A stretch of 64,000 bases of DNA from an uncultured delta proteobacterium (GCA_963815115.1 CAWFFN010000009.1:1056001-1120000); one strand, 5' to 3'. Counted from the stretch's first letter, positions 19,235-30,042 are shown. The notes: generated by a model not told the origin, from the letters alone. A program made the numbers and translations.

Positions 19235-21799
19235 CTACGGGCAGGCGCCGCGCCCGCAGGCATAGCCGGAGCAGCTGCCCCAGGTGCAGCTCTGGCCGCA
19301 GACCTGCTCGCCAGCGCAGCTGCAGGCAGAGCGGCCGCAGGGGCAGCACAATTGCGCCTCGCCGGGGCTGCACTCGCCCTGGCCGACGCAGACCCCGGGG
19401 ATCCATTGACAGCTGTTCGAGCAGGTGTCGGTCCGCGCGCCGCAATTGCCGCACGGCACGAAGCTCGTCTGGCCCGGCGCGCAGACGCCTTGATTGCCGC
19501 AGGCGCTCCACGTGCACGCCGCCGTCAGCGTCTGCGTTCCGCAGTTGCCGCATGCCCGGGTCTGGCCAGGCGTGCAGGCCTCGGTGATCTGGGCGACGAA
19601 CGCGTCGAAATCGCCGAGGTCGTGAGGCTGGAGCGCATTGAGGACGGGGAAGTCCAGCGAGCCGGTGTTTCCCGTCACATAGGCTCCCATGCCACCCACG
19701 GCGATCGCGTTCCCGAAGTCCTGGCCGCTTCCTCCGAGATAGGTCGAGTAGACCAGGGCCGTGCCACTGGCAGCGAGCTTCGTGACGAAGGCATCGTATC
19801 CTCCCCCGCCCGGCCCCGGCTGCACCGCATTGGAGGTCGCGGGAAAGTCGAGAGAGGCCGTGGTTCCCGTCACGTAGGCCTGGCCCGCTCCATCGACGGC
19901 GATGCCGTTGCCGACTTCGTTGCCGCTGCCCCCGAGATAGGTCGAATAGACGATCGACGACCCACTCGCGTCGACCTTGGTGACGAAGCCATCGCGGTCT
20001 CCCGCAAAGGTGGGCTGGGCCGCGTTCGCGGTGACCGGGAAGTTCACGGAGGTCGTCTGTCCCGTCACGTACGCGTTGCCGCTGCCGTCCACGGCGATGG
20101 CTCGCCCGAGGTCCAGACCGATTCCTCCCAGAAAGGTGGAGTACCCCCACGCCGTGGCGTCGGCGTTGACCTTGGTCACGAAGGTTTCGACACCGACCAG
20201 GTGAAATTGAAACGCGTTCGGAGTGGCAGGAAAGTCCCGCGATTCGGTGTCTCCGGTCACGTACGCGTTGCCTCCCCCATCGACGGCAATGGCAGCAAGG
20301 TCGTCCACACTGGTGCCCCCGAGGTAGGTCGAGTAGACCAGCGCCGTCCCGCCGGCATTGATCTTGGCGACGAAACCGTCGCCGTTGCCGCCAGCCACCG
20401 GCTGGATCACGTTCGGCGTGATCGGAAAGACGGGGGAGTTCGTCTCTCCGGCAACGTAGGCATTTCCGGCTCCATCCACCGCGATGGCCCTGCCGCGGTC
20501 GTCCCCTTGCCCGCCAAGGCCGCCGGGCGCCCCGAGATACGTCGAGTAGACGAGCGCCGTGCCGCTCGGGTTGAGCTTGGTCACGAAGCTGTCGCGAATA
20601 CCCCCGATGGCCGATTGGAATGCGTTCGGAGTCGTGGGGAAGTTGGAAGATTCCGTGGTCCCCGTCACGTAGGCGTTGCCGGCTCCATCGACGGCGATGC
20701 CGGTCCCCTCATCGGCCTTGCTTCCGCCCAGATACGTCGAATAGACGAACGCCGTACCGCTCGCGTTGAGCTTCGCGACGAAGGCATCGAAGGCTCCGCC
20801 GCCCGGCTGGGACTGGACGGCGTTCGGCGTGATGCGGAGACCGCCGAGAGAGGCCGTGACGCCCGTTACATAGGCGTTGCCCGCTCCGTCGACGGCGATG
20901 CCATCGCCCTCGTCCGACCTGAACCCGCCCAGATAGGTCGAGTAGGACAAGATGGGATCGATCAGCAACGGCCTGGTGCGATCATAGCTCGCTACCACGA
21001 GCCCGATTTCCGGAGCGGGGTGCGACGTTGCGCCAGGAAGGATCACATAGCGACCCGCGACCGGCGTTCGTCGGCCATCCTGGTCCTGGTAGATCACCGG
21101 CCTGTGCAGCCGCACTGCACCGCTGCCGGTCTCGACGACCACCTCCCCGTCCGGCTCGATCCGTTGCGCGAGGGCGCGTCCCGCCTGGTCGCTGAACGCG
21201 AGGCGAATGCGCTTCGGGTCGGCCCCCGGCGCCACACGAAAGTCGTACTCCAGCTGCTGTTGCGTGCCGTAGTACACCACGTCGATTCCCGGGTAGACGG
21301 CGCGGTACCTCACCTTGGCATATGTCGGAACGCCGGCACGCCAGCGGTCGGAATCGTGTCCCAGGAAGTAGTTCACCTTGCCCGCCAGCTCGTCGATCCC
21401 GGTGACATGCGGTCGTCGATTGCTGCCGCGCAACTCCATGCGCACGATTGTCGGGGCGCCTGCGACGACGCTCGTCCGGTCGGCGCCCCCGGCCTGACGG
21501 ACGCCTGTGGCGGCGGGCCGCTCGAGGGCGAGCACGGCTTCCTGGTTCGTCAACAGCGCCGTGTAGCCCCGTCCACGACCGAGAAACCGGACCCGCGCGT
21601 CGCTCTGTCCGGCATTGGCTTCGAAGTACAGGGGAATCTTCGCGTACTCCCGTTCCAGCCGCGCCGTCACGGCCGGCGCGAGGACCGCCGCCCGCGTGGG
21701 CGCCCCCGAATCGGTGGGCACTGACGGGACACCTTCTGCCCGGGCGAAGGTGCACGCGACGATGCTCAAGAGCGCTCTGGTTACGCTGATCTTCCTCAC
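19235..21799 (-). CDS. Secreted SBBP-repeat beta-propeller protein with Cys-rich C-terminal repeats
   Basis: Signal peptide; FEANAGQ..VRF, YPGIDVVYYG, LEYDF; about seven YSTYLGG..D.G..IAVDGAGNAYVTG.T.S.FP.T repeats; tail CxPG..CGNCG..CxW; GAGGAG SD before GTG 21799. Confidence 0.88.
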   Translation of the reverse strand: MRKISVTRALLSIVACTFARAEGVPSVPTDSGAPTRAAVLAPAVTARLEREYAKIPLYFEANAGQSDARVRFLGRGRGYTALLTNQEAVLALERPAATGVRQAGGADRTSVVAGAPTIVRMELRGSNRRPHVTGIDELAGKVNYFLGHDSDRWRAGVPTYAKVRYRAVYPGIDVVYYGTQQQLEYDFRVAPGADPKRIRLAFSDQAGRALAQRIEPDGEVVVETGSGAVRLHRPVIYQDQDGRRTPVAGRYVILPGATSHPAPEIGLVVASYDRTRPLLIDPILSYSTYLGGFRSDEGDGIAVDGAGNAYVTGVTASLGGLRITPNAVQSQPGGGAFDAFVAKLNASGTAFVYSTYLGGSKADEGTGIAVDGAGNAYVTGTTESSNFPTTPNAFQSAIGGIRDSFVTKLNPSGTALVYSTYLGAPGGLGGQGDDRGRAIAVDGAGNAYVAGETNSPVFPITPNVIQPVAGGNGDGFVAKINAGGTALVYSTYLGGTSVDDLAAIAVDGGGNAYVTGDTESRDFPATPNAFQFHLVGVETFVTKVNADATAWGYSTFLGGIGLDLGRAIAVDGSGNAYVTGQTTSVNFPVTANAAQPTFAGDRDGFVTKVDASGSSIVYSTYLGGSGNEVGNGIAVDGAGQAYVTGTTASLDFPATSNAVQPGPGGGGYDAFVTKLAASGTALVYSTYLGGSGQDFGNAIAVGGMGAYVTGNTGSLDFPVLNALQPHDLGDFDAFVAQITEACTPGQTRACGNCGTQTLTAACTWSACGNQGVCAPGQTSFVPCGNCGARTDTCSNSCQWIPGVCVGQGECSPGEAQLCCPCGRSACSCAGEQVCGQSCTWGSCSGYACGRGACP

Positions 21800-21914
21800 G
21801 GCGGGTCTCCTCTGAAGCGCACCCGTTGCTCTCGTCACGGGATGGGCTGGCGGTGACGAGATCGCGATACGCCCGCTCCGGTTGCGGAGGTCTCACGCGG
21901 GGGGTGCTACTTTT

Positions 21915-21935
21915 CGGGTAGCGAACCGCTACCCG
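21915..21935. promoter_or_regulatory. 9-bp inverted repeat in divergent intergenic region
   Basis: CGGGTAGCG-AAC-CGCTACCCG, with a further GCTAC half-site at 21906-21910. Confidence 0.4.
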
Positions 21936-22016
21936 CTCCAGCGGCTTGCCGTCGCGTGACTGTGATGAGCACGCCGCGCGTTGACCCGGCCCTGTCCGCC
22001 CGGGCACAACGGCGCC

Positions 22017-23210
22017 GTGGACCTGTCGTTCTCGCCCGCCGAGGAAGCCTTCCGGGCAGAGCTCCGGACGTGGCTGGCAGCGAATCTCCCGGCATCCTGG
22101 GCCGACGGCGAGCCGCCCGAGTTCCCGTCGCTCGCGGACGAGGTCGCGTTCCTGCGCGACTGGCAGCGCCGGCTCGCCGGCGGGCGCTGGGTCGGCATCC
22201 ACTGGCCGCGGCAGGACGGCGGGCGAGGCGCCTCCGTCGTCGAGAGCTACGTCTTCCAGGAAGAGATGGCCGCCGCGCGCGCTCCCGAGATCATCAACCG
22301 CATCGGCGTGAACCTGGTGGGACCGACGCTGATCGCCCACGGCACCGACGAGCAGCGGCGCCGCTTCCTGCCCAGGATCCTGCCGGCGGAGGAGCTCTGG
22401 TGCCAGCTCTTCTCGGAGCCCGGCGCGGGCTCCGACCTGACGGCGCTGCGCACCCGTGCCGAGCCGCGCGGCGCCGGCTGGGTGGTGAACGGCCAGAAGG
22501 TGTGGACCAGCTACGCCCAGTTCGCGCGCTGGGGCATCCTGCTCGCGCGCACCGATCCCGCGGCGCCCAAGGCGAAGGGCATCAGCTACCTGATCTGCGA
22601 CATGCAGGCCCCCGGCGTCACGGTCCGTCCGCTGCGCCAGATGACCGGGAGCGAGGAGTTCAACGAGGTGTTCCTCGAGGACGTGTTCATTCCGCGCGAG
22701 CGCCTCGTGGGACGCGAGCACGACGGCTGGTCCATCGCGAGCACCACGCTGGCTCACGAGCGTGGGACCTCACCGCGCCAGCTCGTGATTCACCGCATGC
22801 TGCTGAACGACCTCCTGCGGCTGGCGCGCGAGGAGCGCGACGGGGTGCCGCCCGCCGCGGCCGACCCGGTGGTCCGTCAGCGCATCGCGCAGCACGTGAT
22901 CGAGGTGGAGATCACGCGTCTCAACAACTGGCGCACGCTCACCCGGCTCCAGAAACGCCTGCCGCTCGGCCCCGAGTCGAGCTTCATCAAGCTCTTCTGG
23001 AGCGAGATGAGCCAGCGCATGCACGACACGGTCATGGCGCTCATGGGCGCGCGTGGACTGTGCTGGCAGCCCGGGCCGCATGCCGTCGTGGGGGGCCGGC
23101 TCGCACGCTCCTATCTCTACTACCGCGCGGCGAGCCTGTTCGCCGGCACCTCGGAGATCCAGCGCAACATCCTGGCGGAGCGCGTGCTTGGCCTGCCGCG
23201 ATCGCGCTGA
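22017..23210 (+). CDS. Acyl-CoA dehydrogenase
   Basis: WCQLFSEPGAGSDL, NGQKVWTS, EFNEVFL, LAHER, AGTSEIQRNI. Confidence 0.94.
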   Translation: MDLSFSPAEEAFRAELRTWLAANLPASWADGEPPEFPSLADEVAFLRDWQRRLAGGRWVGIHWPRQDGGRGASVVESYVFQEEMAAARAPEIINRIGVNLVGPTLIAHGTDEQRRRFLPRILPAEELWCQLFSEPGAGSDLTALRTRAEPRGAGWVVNGQKVWTSYAQFARWGILLARTDPAAPKAKGISYLICDMQAPGVTVRPLRQMTGSEEFNEVFLEDVFIPRERLVGREHDGWSIASTTLAHERGTSPRQLVIHRMLLNDLLRLAREERDGVPPAAADPVVRQRIAQHVIEVEITRLNNWRTLTRLQKRLPLGPESSFIKLFWSEMSQRMHDTVMALMGARGLCWQPGPHAVVGGRLARSYLYYRAASLFAGTSEIQRNILAERVLGLPRSR

Positions 23211-23340
23211 GCGCGGTCTCAGAGCGGGAGCGGACAGTCCACTGCCGCCGCGCGGCCGAGCATCCGGTCGATGATTCCCAGAACACTCGCGCCGACGCCG
23301 GGCTTGCGCTCCTTCCATGGGGCGATTACAAAATTGCCGT

Positions 23341-23553
23341 ATGAGTCATACCATCACGATACGCCTTACGCACGAGCTCGCGGCCTGGCTCGAGGATACC
23401 GCCGCACGAACCGGCGTGTCGCAGGGCAAGATCGTCCGCGATCAGCTCGAGAAGGCGAAGGCGGGGACGACGGGCCGGGCCTACATGCGTCTGGCCGGAT
23501 CGGTGCGCGGTCCGAGAGACCTCTCGTCCCGCAAGGGTTTCTCGCGACCGTGA
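23341..23553 (+). CDS. CopG/ribbon-helix-helix antitoxin
   Basis: HTITIRL..LAAWLE..ARTGVSQGKIVR; LAG.V.GPRDLSSRKGF; GTGA overlap with PIN gene. Confidence 0.8.
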   Translation: MSHTITIRLTHELAAWLEDTAARTGVSQGKIVRDQLEKAKAGTTGRAYMRLAGSVRGPRDLSSRKGFSRP

Positions 23554-23957
23554 AAGGCATCGCCGACACGGGATTCCTGGTCGCGTTCGCCAACCGCAAC
23601 GACCAGCATCACGAATGGGCCGTCGGCGTTGCCGAGCGGATCGAGAGCCCCCTGCTGACCTGCGAAGCGGTGCTCGCGGAGGCGGCGTTTCACCTTCGGA
23701 ACACGGCAGTGGTGCTCGACATGCTCGAGGAGGGCCTGGTCGCCCTGGCCTTCGACTGCCGGGACCACGTGCCACACCTCGCCGCCCTGGCCAGGCGCTA
23801 CGCCGATCGCCAGCCCGACCTCGCCGACCTCTGCCTCATCCGCATGAGCGAACTCTACCCGCGCCACAGCGTCATCACCGTCGACCGTGGCGATTTCCGG
23901 GTCTACCGGCGCAACAAGCGCGATACGATCCCGGTGATCTCTCCTCCCGCCGGCTGA
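23550..23957 (+). CDS. vapC: PIN-domain toxin
   Basis: IADTGFLVA, TCEAVLAEA, DLADLCLI, TVDRGDFRVYR. Confidence 0.87.
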   Translation: MKGIADTGFLVAFANRNDQHHEWAVGVAERIESPLLTCEAVLAEAAFHLRNTAVVLDMLEEGLVALAFDCRDHVPHLAALARRYADRQPDLADLCLIRMSELYPRHSVITVDRGDFRVYRRNKRDTIPVISPPAG

Positions 23958-23993
23958 ACGTGAGGCACTCGCCGGCGCGCTTGACTCAGGAAG

Positions 23994-24014
23994 TAAAGGG
24001 ATCGATTCTTTACC
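23994..24014. promoter_or_regulatory. Probable TA operator overlapping promoter
   Basis: GTAAAG-N9-CTTTAC within TTGACT-N17-GATTCT-N6-ATG 24016. Confidence 0.6.
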
Positions 24015-24015
24015 C

Positions 24016-24279
24016 ATGAAGAGCCGGATCTCGTCGAAGGGGCAAATCACCGTGCCCGTCGAGATCCGCGACCACCTGGGACTGGACCCGGGAACGGAGG
24101 TCGAGTTCGTCCTGCACGACGGCGAGGCGATTCTCCGGAAGGGTGGGGGTCTGAACCACCCCGTCGATCGCGTCTACGGGCGCTTGCGGCTCGCCAAGCC
24201 CGTCGACGTGCTGCTCGACGCCATGCGAGGACCGCGTCCGAGGCGCGGACCGAATCGCCGGCGTGGCCGGCGCGCGTGA
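24016..24279 (+). CDS. AbrB/MazE/SpoVT family antitoxin
   Basis: ISSKGQITVPVEIRDHLGLDPGTEVEF. Confidence 0.9.
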   Translation: MKSRISSKGQITVPVEIRDHLGLDPGTEVEFVLHDGEAILRKGGGLNHPVDRVYGRLRLAKPVDVLLDAMRGPRPRRGPNRRRGRRA

Positions 24280-24716
24280 GAACCGCCGTCGACACGTCCG
24301 TCCTGCTCGACGTCCTGGGTGCGGACGCCCAGTTCGGCGTGGCGTCACGCGAGGCGCTGCGCGCGGCGTATCGCGAGGGTGCCCTCGTGGCGTGCTCGAT
24401 CGTCTGGGCGGAGGTGAGAGCGGCATTCCCGGACGACGAGAGCTGTGCCGACGCCCTGCGCGTGCTCGGAATCCGGTTCGATGCGCTCGGGCCGGACGCG
24501 GCGACACTGGCGGGCCGTCTCTGGAAGGAGCATCGTGCGCGCAAGGGATCGGACGGCCGCCGCGTCGTCGCGGATTTCCTGATCGGCGCGCACGCGCGCG
24601 TGCAGGCCGATGCGCTCCTCACGCGGGATCGCGGCTTCTACCGGGCGTACTTTGCCGGCCTCCGCGTGAACGATCCCACCGACCGCGCCAGCCGCGCCCG
24701 GCCGCGGCCGGAATGA
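24276..24716 (+). CDS. vapC: PIN-domain toxin
   Basis: TAVDTSVLLD, VWAE, VADFLIGAHA, LLTRDRGFY. Confidence 0.9.
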   Translation: MRTAVDTSVLLDVLGADAQFGVASREALRAAYREGALVACSIVWAEVRAAFPDDESCADALRVLGIRFDALGPDAATLAGRLWKEHRARKGSDGRRVVADFLIGAHARVQADALLTRDRGFYRAYFAGLRVNDPTDRASRARPRPE

Positions 24717-24736
24717 GCATCATTCGCTCACCGGCG

Positions 24737-24988
24737 TCAGTCCTTGCCGAAGAAGTGGGGCCGCAGCTCGGCCTCCGGTACGTACCGACAGGCCTGGCGG
24801 AACACCGCCTGGAGAGTCCCGGCCGCCAGCGTCCGGTGGACGGGAACCGTCAGCGTCTGTCGCGTTCCATCGGAGAGGACGCGACGGAGCTTGGCATGGC
24901 TGCCGCGGGTCGAGACCACCACGAAGCCACACGCGCCGAGGGCGCGAAGAACGTCGCGGCCGCCGAGCCGCCTAAGCCTCGGCGCCAT
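24737..24988 (-). CDS. hicA: HicA family toxin
   Basis: L..CGF....RGSHAKLRR, TVPVH..LAAGTL..VFRQA. Confidence 0.88.
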   Translation of the reverse strand: MAPRLRRLGGRDVLRALGACGFVVVSTRGSHAKLRRVLSDGTRQTLTVPVHRTLAAGTLQAVFRQACRYVPEAELRPHFFGKD

Positions 24989-25517
24989 CGAGTCGCACGG
25001 GCACCTCGTAGCTCACGAGGAGGCGAGGCGAGGCGGCAAGGCCGAGCGAACGAAGGTCTTCCCCTTCGAGATGGAGCGCGATCGCCTCTTGGAGGTTGGC
25101 GAGCACCTCGTCGGCCGTTCTGCCCTGCGTGACAACGGCGATCTCCAGGCACTCGGCGACATAGTGTCGGCCGTCATACTCGAGCACCGCGTGGATCGTG
25201 CCGCGGAGTGGACGCTCCCTGGCGCTGCCGTACCGCGGTGCCGATTCCGCGACCTGGGCCGCGGGTGAAGGTGCGCGATCGATGCGGTAGGGCTTCGCAA
25301 TCTCGTACCGTCCGCGGGACAAGCGGCGAAAGTAGGGCCAGCGGCGCGCATGGTGCGCGGGAGCGTTGACGCAGCATCGGCTGGAGACGTGTGTCCGTAC
25401 GGAGTTCTCGTTGAGATGCGGCAACGCGCGAACGAGCTCCTCCGCAGAGAACGTCCAGCCGCCGCGTTCGCGACAGAGCCGCTGAGCGGCACGAAGGACG
25501 TCTTCATGGATCGCCAT
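24972..25517 (-). CDS. hicB: HicB-like antitoxin with an extra N-terminal domain
   Basis: C-terminal YVAECLEIAVVTQGRTADEVLANLQEAIALHLE; N-terminal ~75 aa domain with SVRTHVSSRCCVNAPAHH..RLSRGRY. Confidence 0.8.
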   Translation of the reverse strand: MAIHEDVLRAAQRLCRERGGWTFSAEELVRALPHLNENSVRTHVSSRCCVNAPAHHARRWPYFRRLSRGRYEIAKPYRIDRAPSPAAQVAESAPRYGSARERPLRGTIHAVLEYDGRHYVAECLEIAVVTQGRTADEVLANLQEAIALHLEGEDLRSLGLAASPRLLVSYEVPVRLDGAEA

Positions 25518-25522
25518 GGTCG

Positions 25523-25551
25523 TGATTATCCCTGGATACACATGATAATCA
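25523..25551. promoter_or_regulatory. Probable hicBA operator and promoter
   Basis: TGATTATC-N13-GATAATCA; minus strand reads TTGATT-N16-GATAAT-N7-ATG. Confidence 0.7.
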
Positions 25552-25624
25552 AGTCACCTGGACGGCGAACGCGAAGGTTGCCTCCACAGAGCGGCTCGCG
25601 TGAGGGCGCCCGCCGTGCTCCTCT

Positions 25625-28600
25625 GTGCCCGTGCTCTCCGAATCCCACCCCGCGCTGGCGCGCTTCTCGCCGGCCGTCGCCGCATGGTTCGGGTCGGCGT
25701 TCGCCGCACCGACGGCGGCCCAGGCCGGCGCCTGGGACGCCATCGCGTCGGGCAAGCACGTGCTCGTGTCGGCCCCGACCGGGTCCGGCAAGACGCTGGC
25801 CGCGTTCCTCTGGGCGCTCGACCGGCTCGCGGCCGCGCCGCGCGCGCGCGAGCCCGGGGTCCGTGTCCTCTACGTCTCGCCGCTGAAGGCGCTCGCGGTC
25901 GACATCGAGCAGAACCTGCGTGCGCCGCTGGCGGGCATTCGCGGCGCGGCCGTCCGTCTCGGACTCGAGCTCCCCGCCATCACGACGGCGCTGCGCACCG
26001 GCGACACCCCAGCCGAGGAGCGCCGGCGGCTGGCGAAGCACCCGCCCGACATCCTCGTCACCACGCCGGAGTCGTTGTTCCTGCTGCTCACGTCCGCGGC
26101 GCGCGACGCGCTGCGGACCGTCGACACGGTCATCGTGGACGAGGTGCACGCCGTGGCAGGCACCAAGCGCGGAGCCCATCTGGCGCTCTGCCTCGAGCGC
26201 CTGGATTGCCTGCTGCGCGCGCCCGCACAGCGCATCGGGCTCTCGGCGACGGTGCGGCCGCTGGAGGAAGCCGCGCGCTTCCTCGGCGGCGCGCAGCCGG
26301 TGGCGGTCGTCGCCGCGCCCGCCGACAAGCGCTTCGACCTCGCGATCGTCGTGCCGGTGGAGGACCTGGCCGCGCTCGGCCAGCCGGCGGGACCGGTGCC
26401 GAGCGGAAGCGCAGCCGGGGCCGAGGAGCGGACGAGCGTGTGGCCGCACGTGGAGGAGCGTCTCCTCGAGCTGATCCGCGCCCACCGCAGCACCATCGTC
26501 TTCGCCAACTCGCGGCGGCTCGCCGAGCGGCTGTGCGCGCGGCTGAACGAGCTCGCGGGCGAGGAGGTGGTGCGCGCGCACCACGGATCGGTCAGCCGCG
26601 AGCAGCGCGCGCAGATCGAGGAGGCGCTGCGCGCGGGCCGCATCCCGGCCGTGGTCGCCACGTCGTCCCTCGAGCTCGGGATCGACATGGGTGCGGTCGA
26701 TCTCGTCGTGCAGGTGGAAGCCCCGGACTCGGTGGCCACCGCGCTCCAGCGAATCGGGCGCGGCGGACACCAGGTGGGCGCGGTGAGCCGCGGGCGTCTT
26801 CTTCCCGAAGTACCGTGAGCGATCTGCTCGAGTGCGCGGTGGTGGTCGAGCGCATGCGGGCCGGCGCGATCGAGGCGCTGCGCACGCCGCGCAACCCGCT
26901 CGACGTCCTGGCGCAGCAGATCGTCGCGATGGTGGCCATGGACGACTGGACCGTCGACGGGATCGAGCAGGTGGTGAAGCGCGCGGCGGCGTTCGCGGAG
27001 CTGCCGCGGGCCGCGCTCGACGGCGTCCTCGACATGCTCGCCGGGCGCTATCCGGCCGACGTGTTCGCCGAGCTGCGCCCGCGCATCAACTGGGACCGCA
27101 CCACGCAGCGCCTGGAGCCGCGGCCGAACGCCCAGCGCCTCGCGGTCACGTCCGGTGGAACGATTCCCGACCGCGGGCTGTACGGCGTGTTCCTCGCCGG
27201 CGAGCACCCGACCCGGGTCGGCGAGCTCGACGAGGAGATGGTGTACGAGAGCCGCGTCGGCGAGGTGTTCCTGCTCGGCGCGTCGAGCTGGCGCATCGAG
27301 GACATCACGCACGACCGCGTGATCGTCTCGCCCGCGCCGGGTCAGCCCGGCAAGATGCCCTTCTGGCACGGCGACGCGCCGGGACGGCCGCTCGAGCTGG
27401 GTGCCGCCATCGGGCGCTTCGTGCGCGAGCTCGGCGAGCGCGACGGGCCCGCGGCGGAGACGCGCCTGCGCGAGGTGGGGCTCGACGAATGGGCGGCGGG
27501 CAACCTGCTGCGCTATCTCGCCGAGCAGCGCGAGGCGACGGGCGCCGTCCCCGACGATCGCACGATCGTCGTCGAGCGCTTCCGCGACGCGGTCGGCGAC
27601 TGGCGCGTCTGCGTGCATTCCTTCTTCGGTGCGCGGGTGCACGCGCCGTGGGCGCGGGCCATCGAGGCGCGGCTGCGCCAGCGGCTCGGCGTCACGGTGC
27701 AGTCGATGCACACCGACGACGGCATCGTGATCCGCGTCCCCGACGCCGACGATGCGCCGCCGGCCGATGCCGTGTTCTTCGAGCCGGAGGAGGTGGAGGA
27801 GCTGGTGACGGCGGAGGTGGGCGACTCGGCGCTGTTCGCGAGCCGCTTCCGCGAGTGCGCCGCCCGGGCGCTGCTCCTGCCGCGCCGCCGCCCGGGCGCG
27901 CGCACGCCGCTCTGGCAGCAGCGGCAGCGGAGCGCCGCCCTGCTCCAGGTGGCGAGCCGGCACCCCGGGTTTCCCATCCTGCTCGAGACCTACCGCGAGT
28001 GCCTCCAGGACGTCTTCGACCTGCCGGCCCTCGGGGAGCTGCTGTCGGCGGTGCGGCGGCGCGAGATCCGCGTGGTCGAGGTCGACACCGCGCTGCCGTC
28101 GCCCTTCGCCGGCTCGCTCCAGTTCGGCTACGTCAGCGCGTTCATGTACGAGGGCGACGCGCCGCTCGCCGAACGGCGGGCGCAGGCGCTGTCGCTCGAC
28201 CGGTCCCTGCTGGCCGAGCTGATGGGGCGCGCCGAGCTGCGCGAGCTCCTCGACGACGGCGCGCTCGCCGCGCTCGAGCTCGAGCTCCAGCGCCTCGACG
28301 GGGCGCGGCCGCTGCGCGGCGCGGACGACCTGCACGACCTGCTCCGGGAGCTGGGCGACCTGACGTCGCCGGAGATCGAGGCGCGGGCGCCGGACGGCGC
28401 CCCCTCGGCGACCTGGCTCGACGCCCTCGCCCGCGCGCACCGCGTGCTCGGCGTCCGCGTCCACGGCGAGGAGCGATGGATCGCGGTCGAGGATGCCGCG
28501 CGCTATCGCGACGGGCTCGGGGTGGCGCTCCCGGTCGGCGTACCGCACGCGTTTCTCGAGCCGGTTGCCGATCCGGTGCGCGACCTGGTCGCTCGCTTCG

Positions 28601-30042
28601 CGCGCACGCACGGACCGTTCACGCCGGCGGACGCGGCGGCGCGCTTGGGACTGGGCGTCGCCGTCGTCGAGGGCGTGCTGCACGCGCTCGAGATGGACGG
28701 TCGCGTCGTCGACGGGGAGTTCCGTCCGGGTGGCAGCGGTCGCGAGTGGATCGACGTCGAGGTCCTGCGCCGCCTGCGGCGGCGCTCGCTCGCGGCGCTG
28801 CGGAAGGAGATCGAGCCCGTGCCGCCGGAGCAGCTGGCGCGCTTCGGGCTCGCGTGGCAGGGCGTCGGCGCGGCGTCGCCCCGGCGGCCCACGCTGGACG
28901 CGCTGCTGCGGGTGGTCGAGCAGCTCCAGGGCGTGCCCCTGCCGGCCTCCGCGCTGGAGTCGCAGATCCTGCCGGCGCGCTTCGCAGGTTACCTGCCGGT
29001 GCTCCTCGACCAGCTCGGCGCGGCGGGCGAGCTGGTGTGGGCCGGCGCGGGCGCCCTCGGCCACAACGACGGCTGGATCGTGCTCGCCCTCGCCGAGAAG
29101 GCGGCGCTGCTGCTTCCCGATCCGCCGCCGCTCGATCCGTCTCCGCTGGCGCAGCGGCTGCTCGACGTGCTCGCCGGCGGTGGCGCGCTCTTCTTCCGCC
29201 AGCTCGCTTCGGCGGTGCGCGCCGGCGACGACACGGAGCTGCTCCTCGCACTCTGGGATCTGGCATGGGCGGGCCGCGTCACCAACGACACGCTCGCTCC
29301 GCTGCGCGCGATGCTGCACCGGAGGCGGTCGCGGCCGCGCGACGGCCGCCCGCGACGGCCGCCGCGTCCGACGCGCTTCGGACCGCCCGCCGGCGCTGGA
29401 CGATGGAGCCTCGTTCCGGCTCGCGCGGCGGACGCGACGCGCCGGCTGCACGCCACCGCCGAGCAGCTTCTCATGCGTCACGGCGTCGTCACCCGCGGCG
29501 CGGTCGTCACGGAGCGCGTCCCGGGCGGATTCGCCGGCGTCTACCCGGTGCTGAAGGCGTTCGAGGAGGCCGGCCGCTGCCGTCGCGGCTACTTCGTCGA
29601 GGGACTCGGCGGCGCGCAGTTCGCGCACCCGGGCGCGGTCGACCGGCTGCGCGGCCTCGGCCCTGCCGGCGGCGCCGTGGTGGTTCTGGCGGCCACCGAT
29701 CCCGCCAACCCGTACGGTGCGGCGGTTCCGTGGCCCGAGCGCGGCGCGCTCGACGCGGGACACCGGCCCGGACGCAAGGCGGGCGCCGCGGTCGTGCTGG
29801 TCGACGGACGGCTCGTGCTCTACGTCGAGCGCGGCGGCCGCACGCTGCTGTCGTACAGCGACGACGAGCGGGTGGTCGAGCCGGCCGCCGAGGCGCTGGC
29901 GGCCGTCGCCCGGGAAGGGCGGCTCGGCCGGCTCCAGGTCCAGCGCGCCGACGGCGAGGCCGTGCTCGACACGCCGGTCGCGCGCGCGCTCGCGCAGGCG
30001 GGGTTCCACCCCACGCCGTGGGGCATGCGCGTCCGTGCCTGA
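25625..30042 (+). CDS. lhr: Large ATP-dependent SF2 helicase Lhr, frameshifted at ~26795-26820
   Basis: APTGSGKT, YVSPLKAL, TTPES, DEVH, HHGS, ATSSLELGIDMG, TSGGTIPDRG, GELDEEMVYE, RRGYFVEGLGGAQFA, DPANPYG. Confidence 0.93.

Noticed and set aside
19600-20950. Periodic DNA repeats such as GTCGAGTAGAC and CCCGTCACGTAGGCGTTGCC (also 35750-37060) as a possible CRISPR array
   Set aside because: They are degenerate codons of SBBP protein repeats inside ORFs; no identical repeats with unique spacers and no cas genes
23211-25560. TA cluster as an integron cassette array or mobile element
   Set aside because: No attC-like RYYYAAC..GTTRRRY ends, integrase, terminal repeats or target duplication visible
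26790-26825. Programmed frameshift or genuine split of lhr
   Set aside because: No slippery heptamer; removing two single bases restores the conserved sequence
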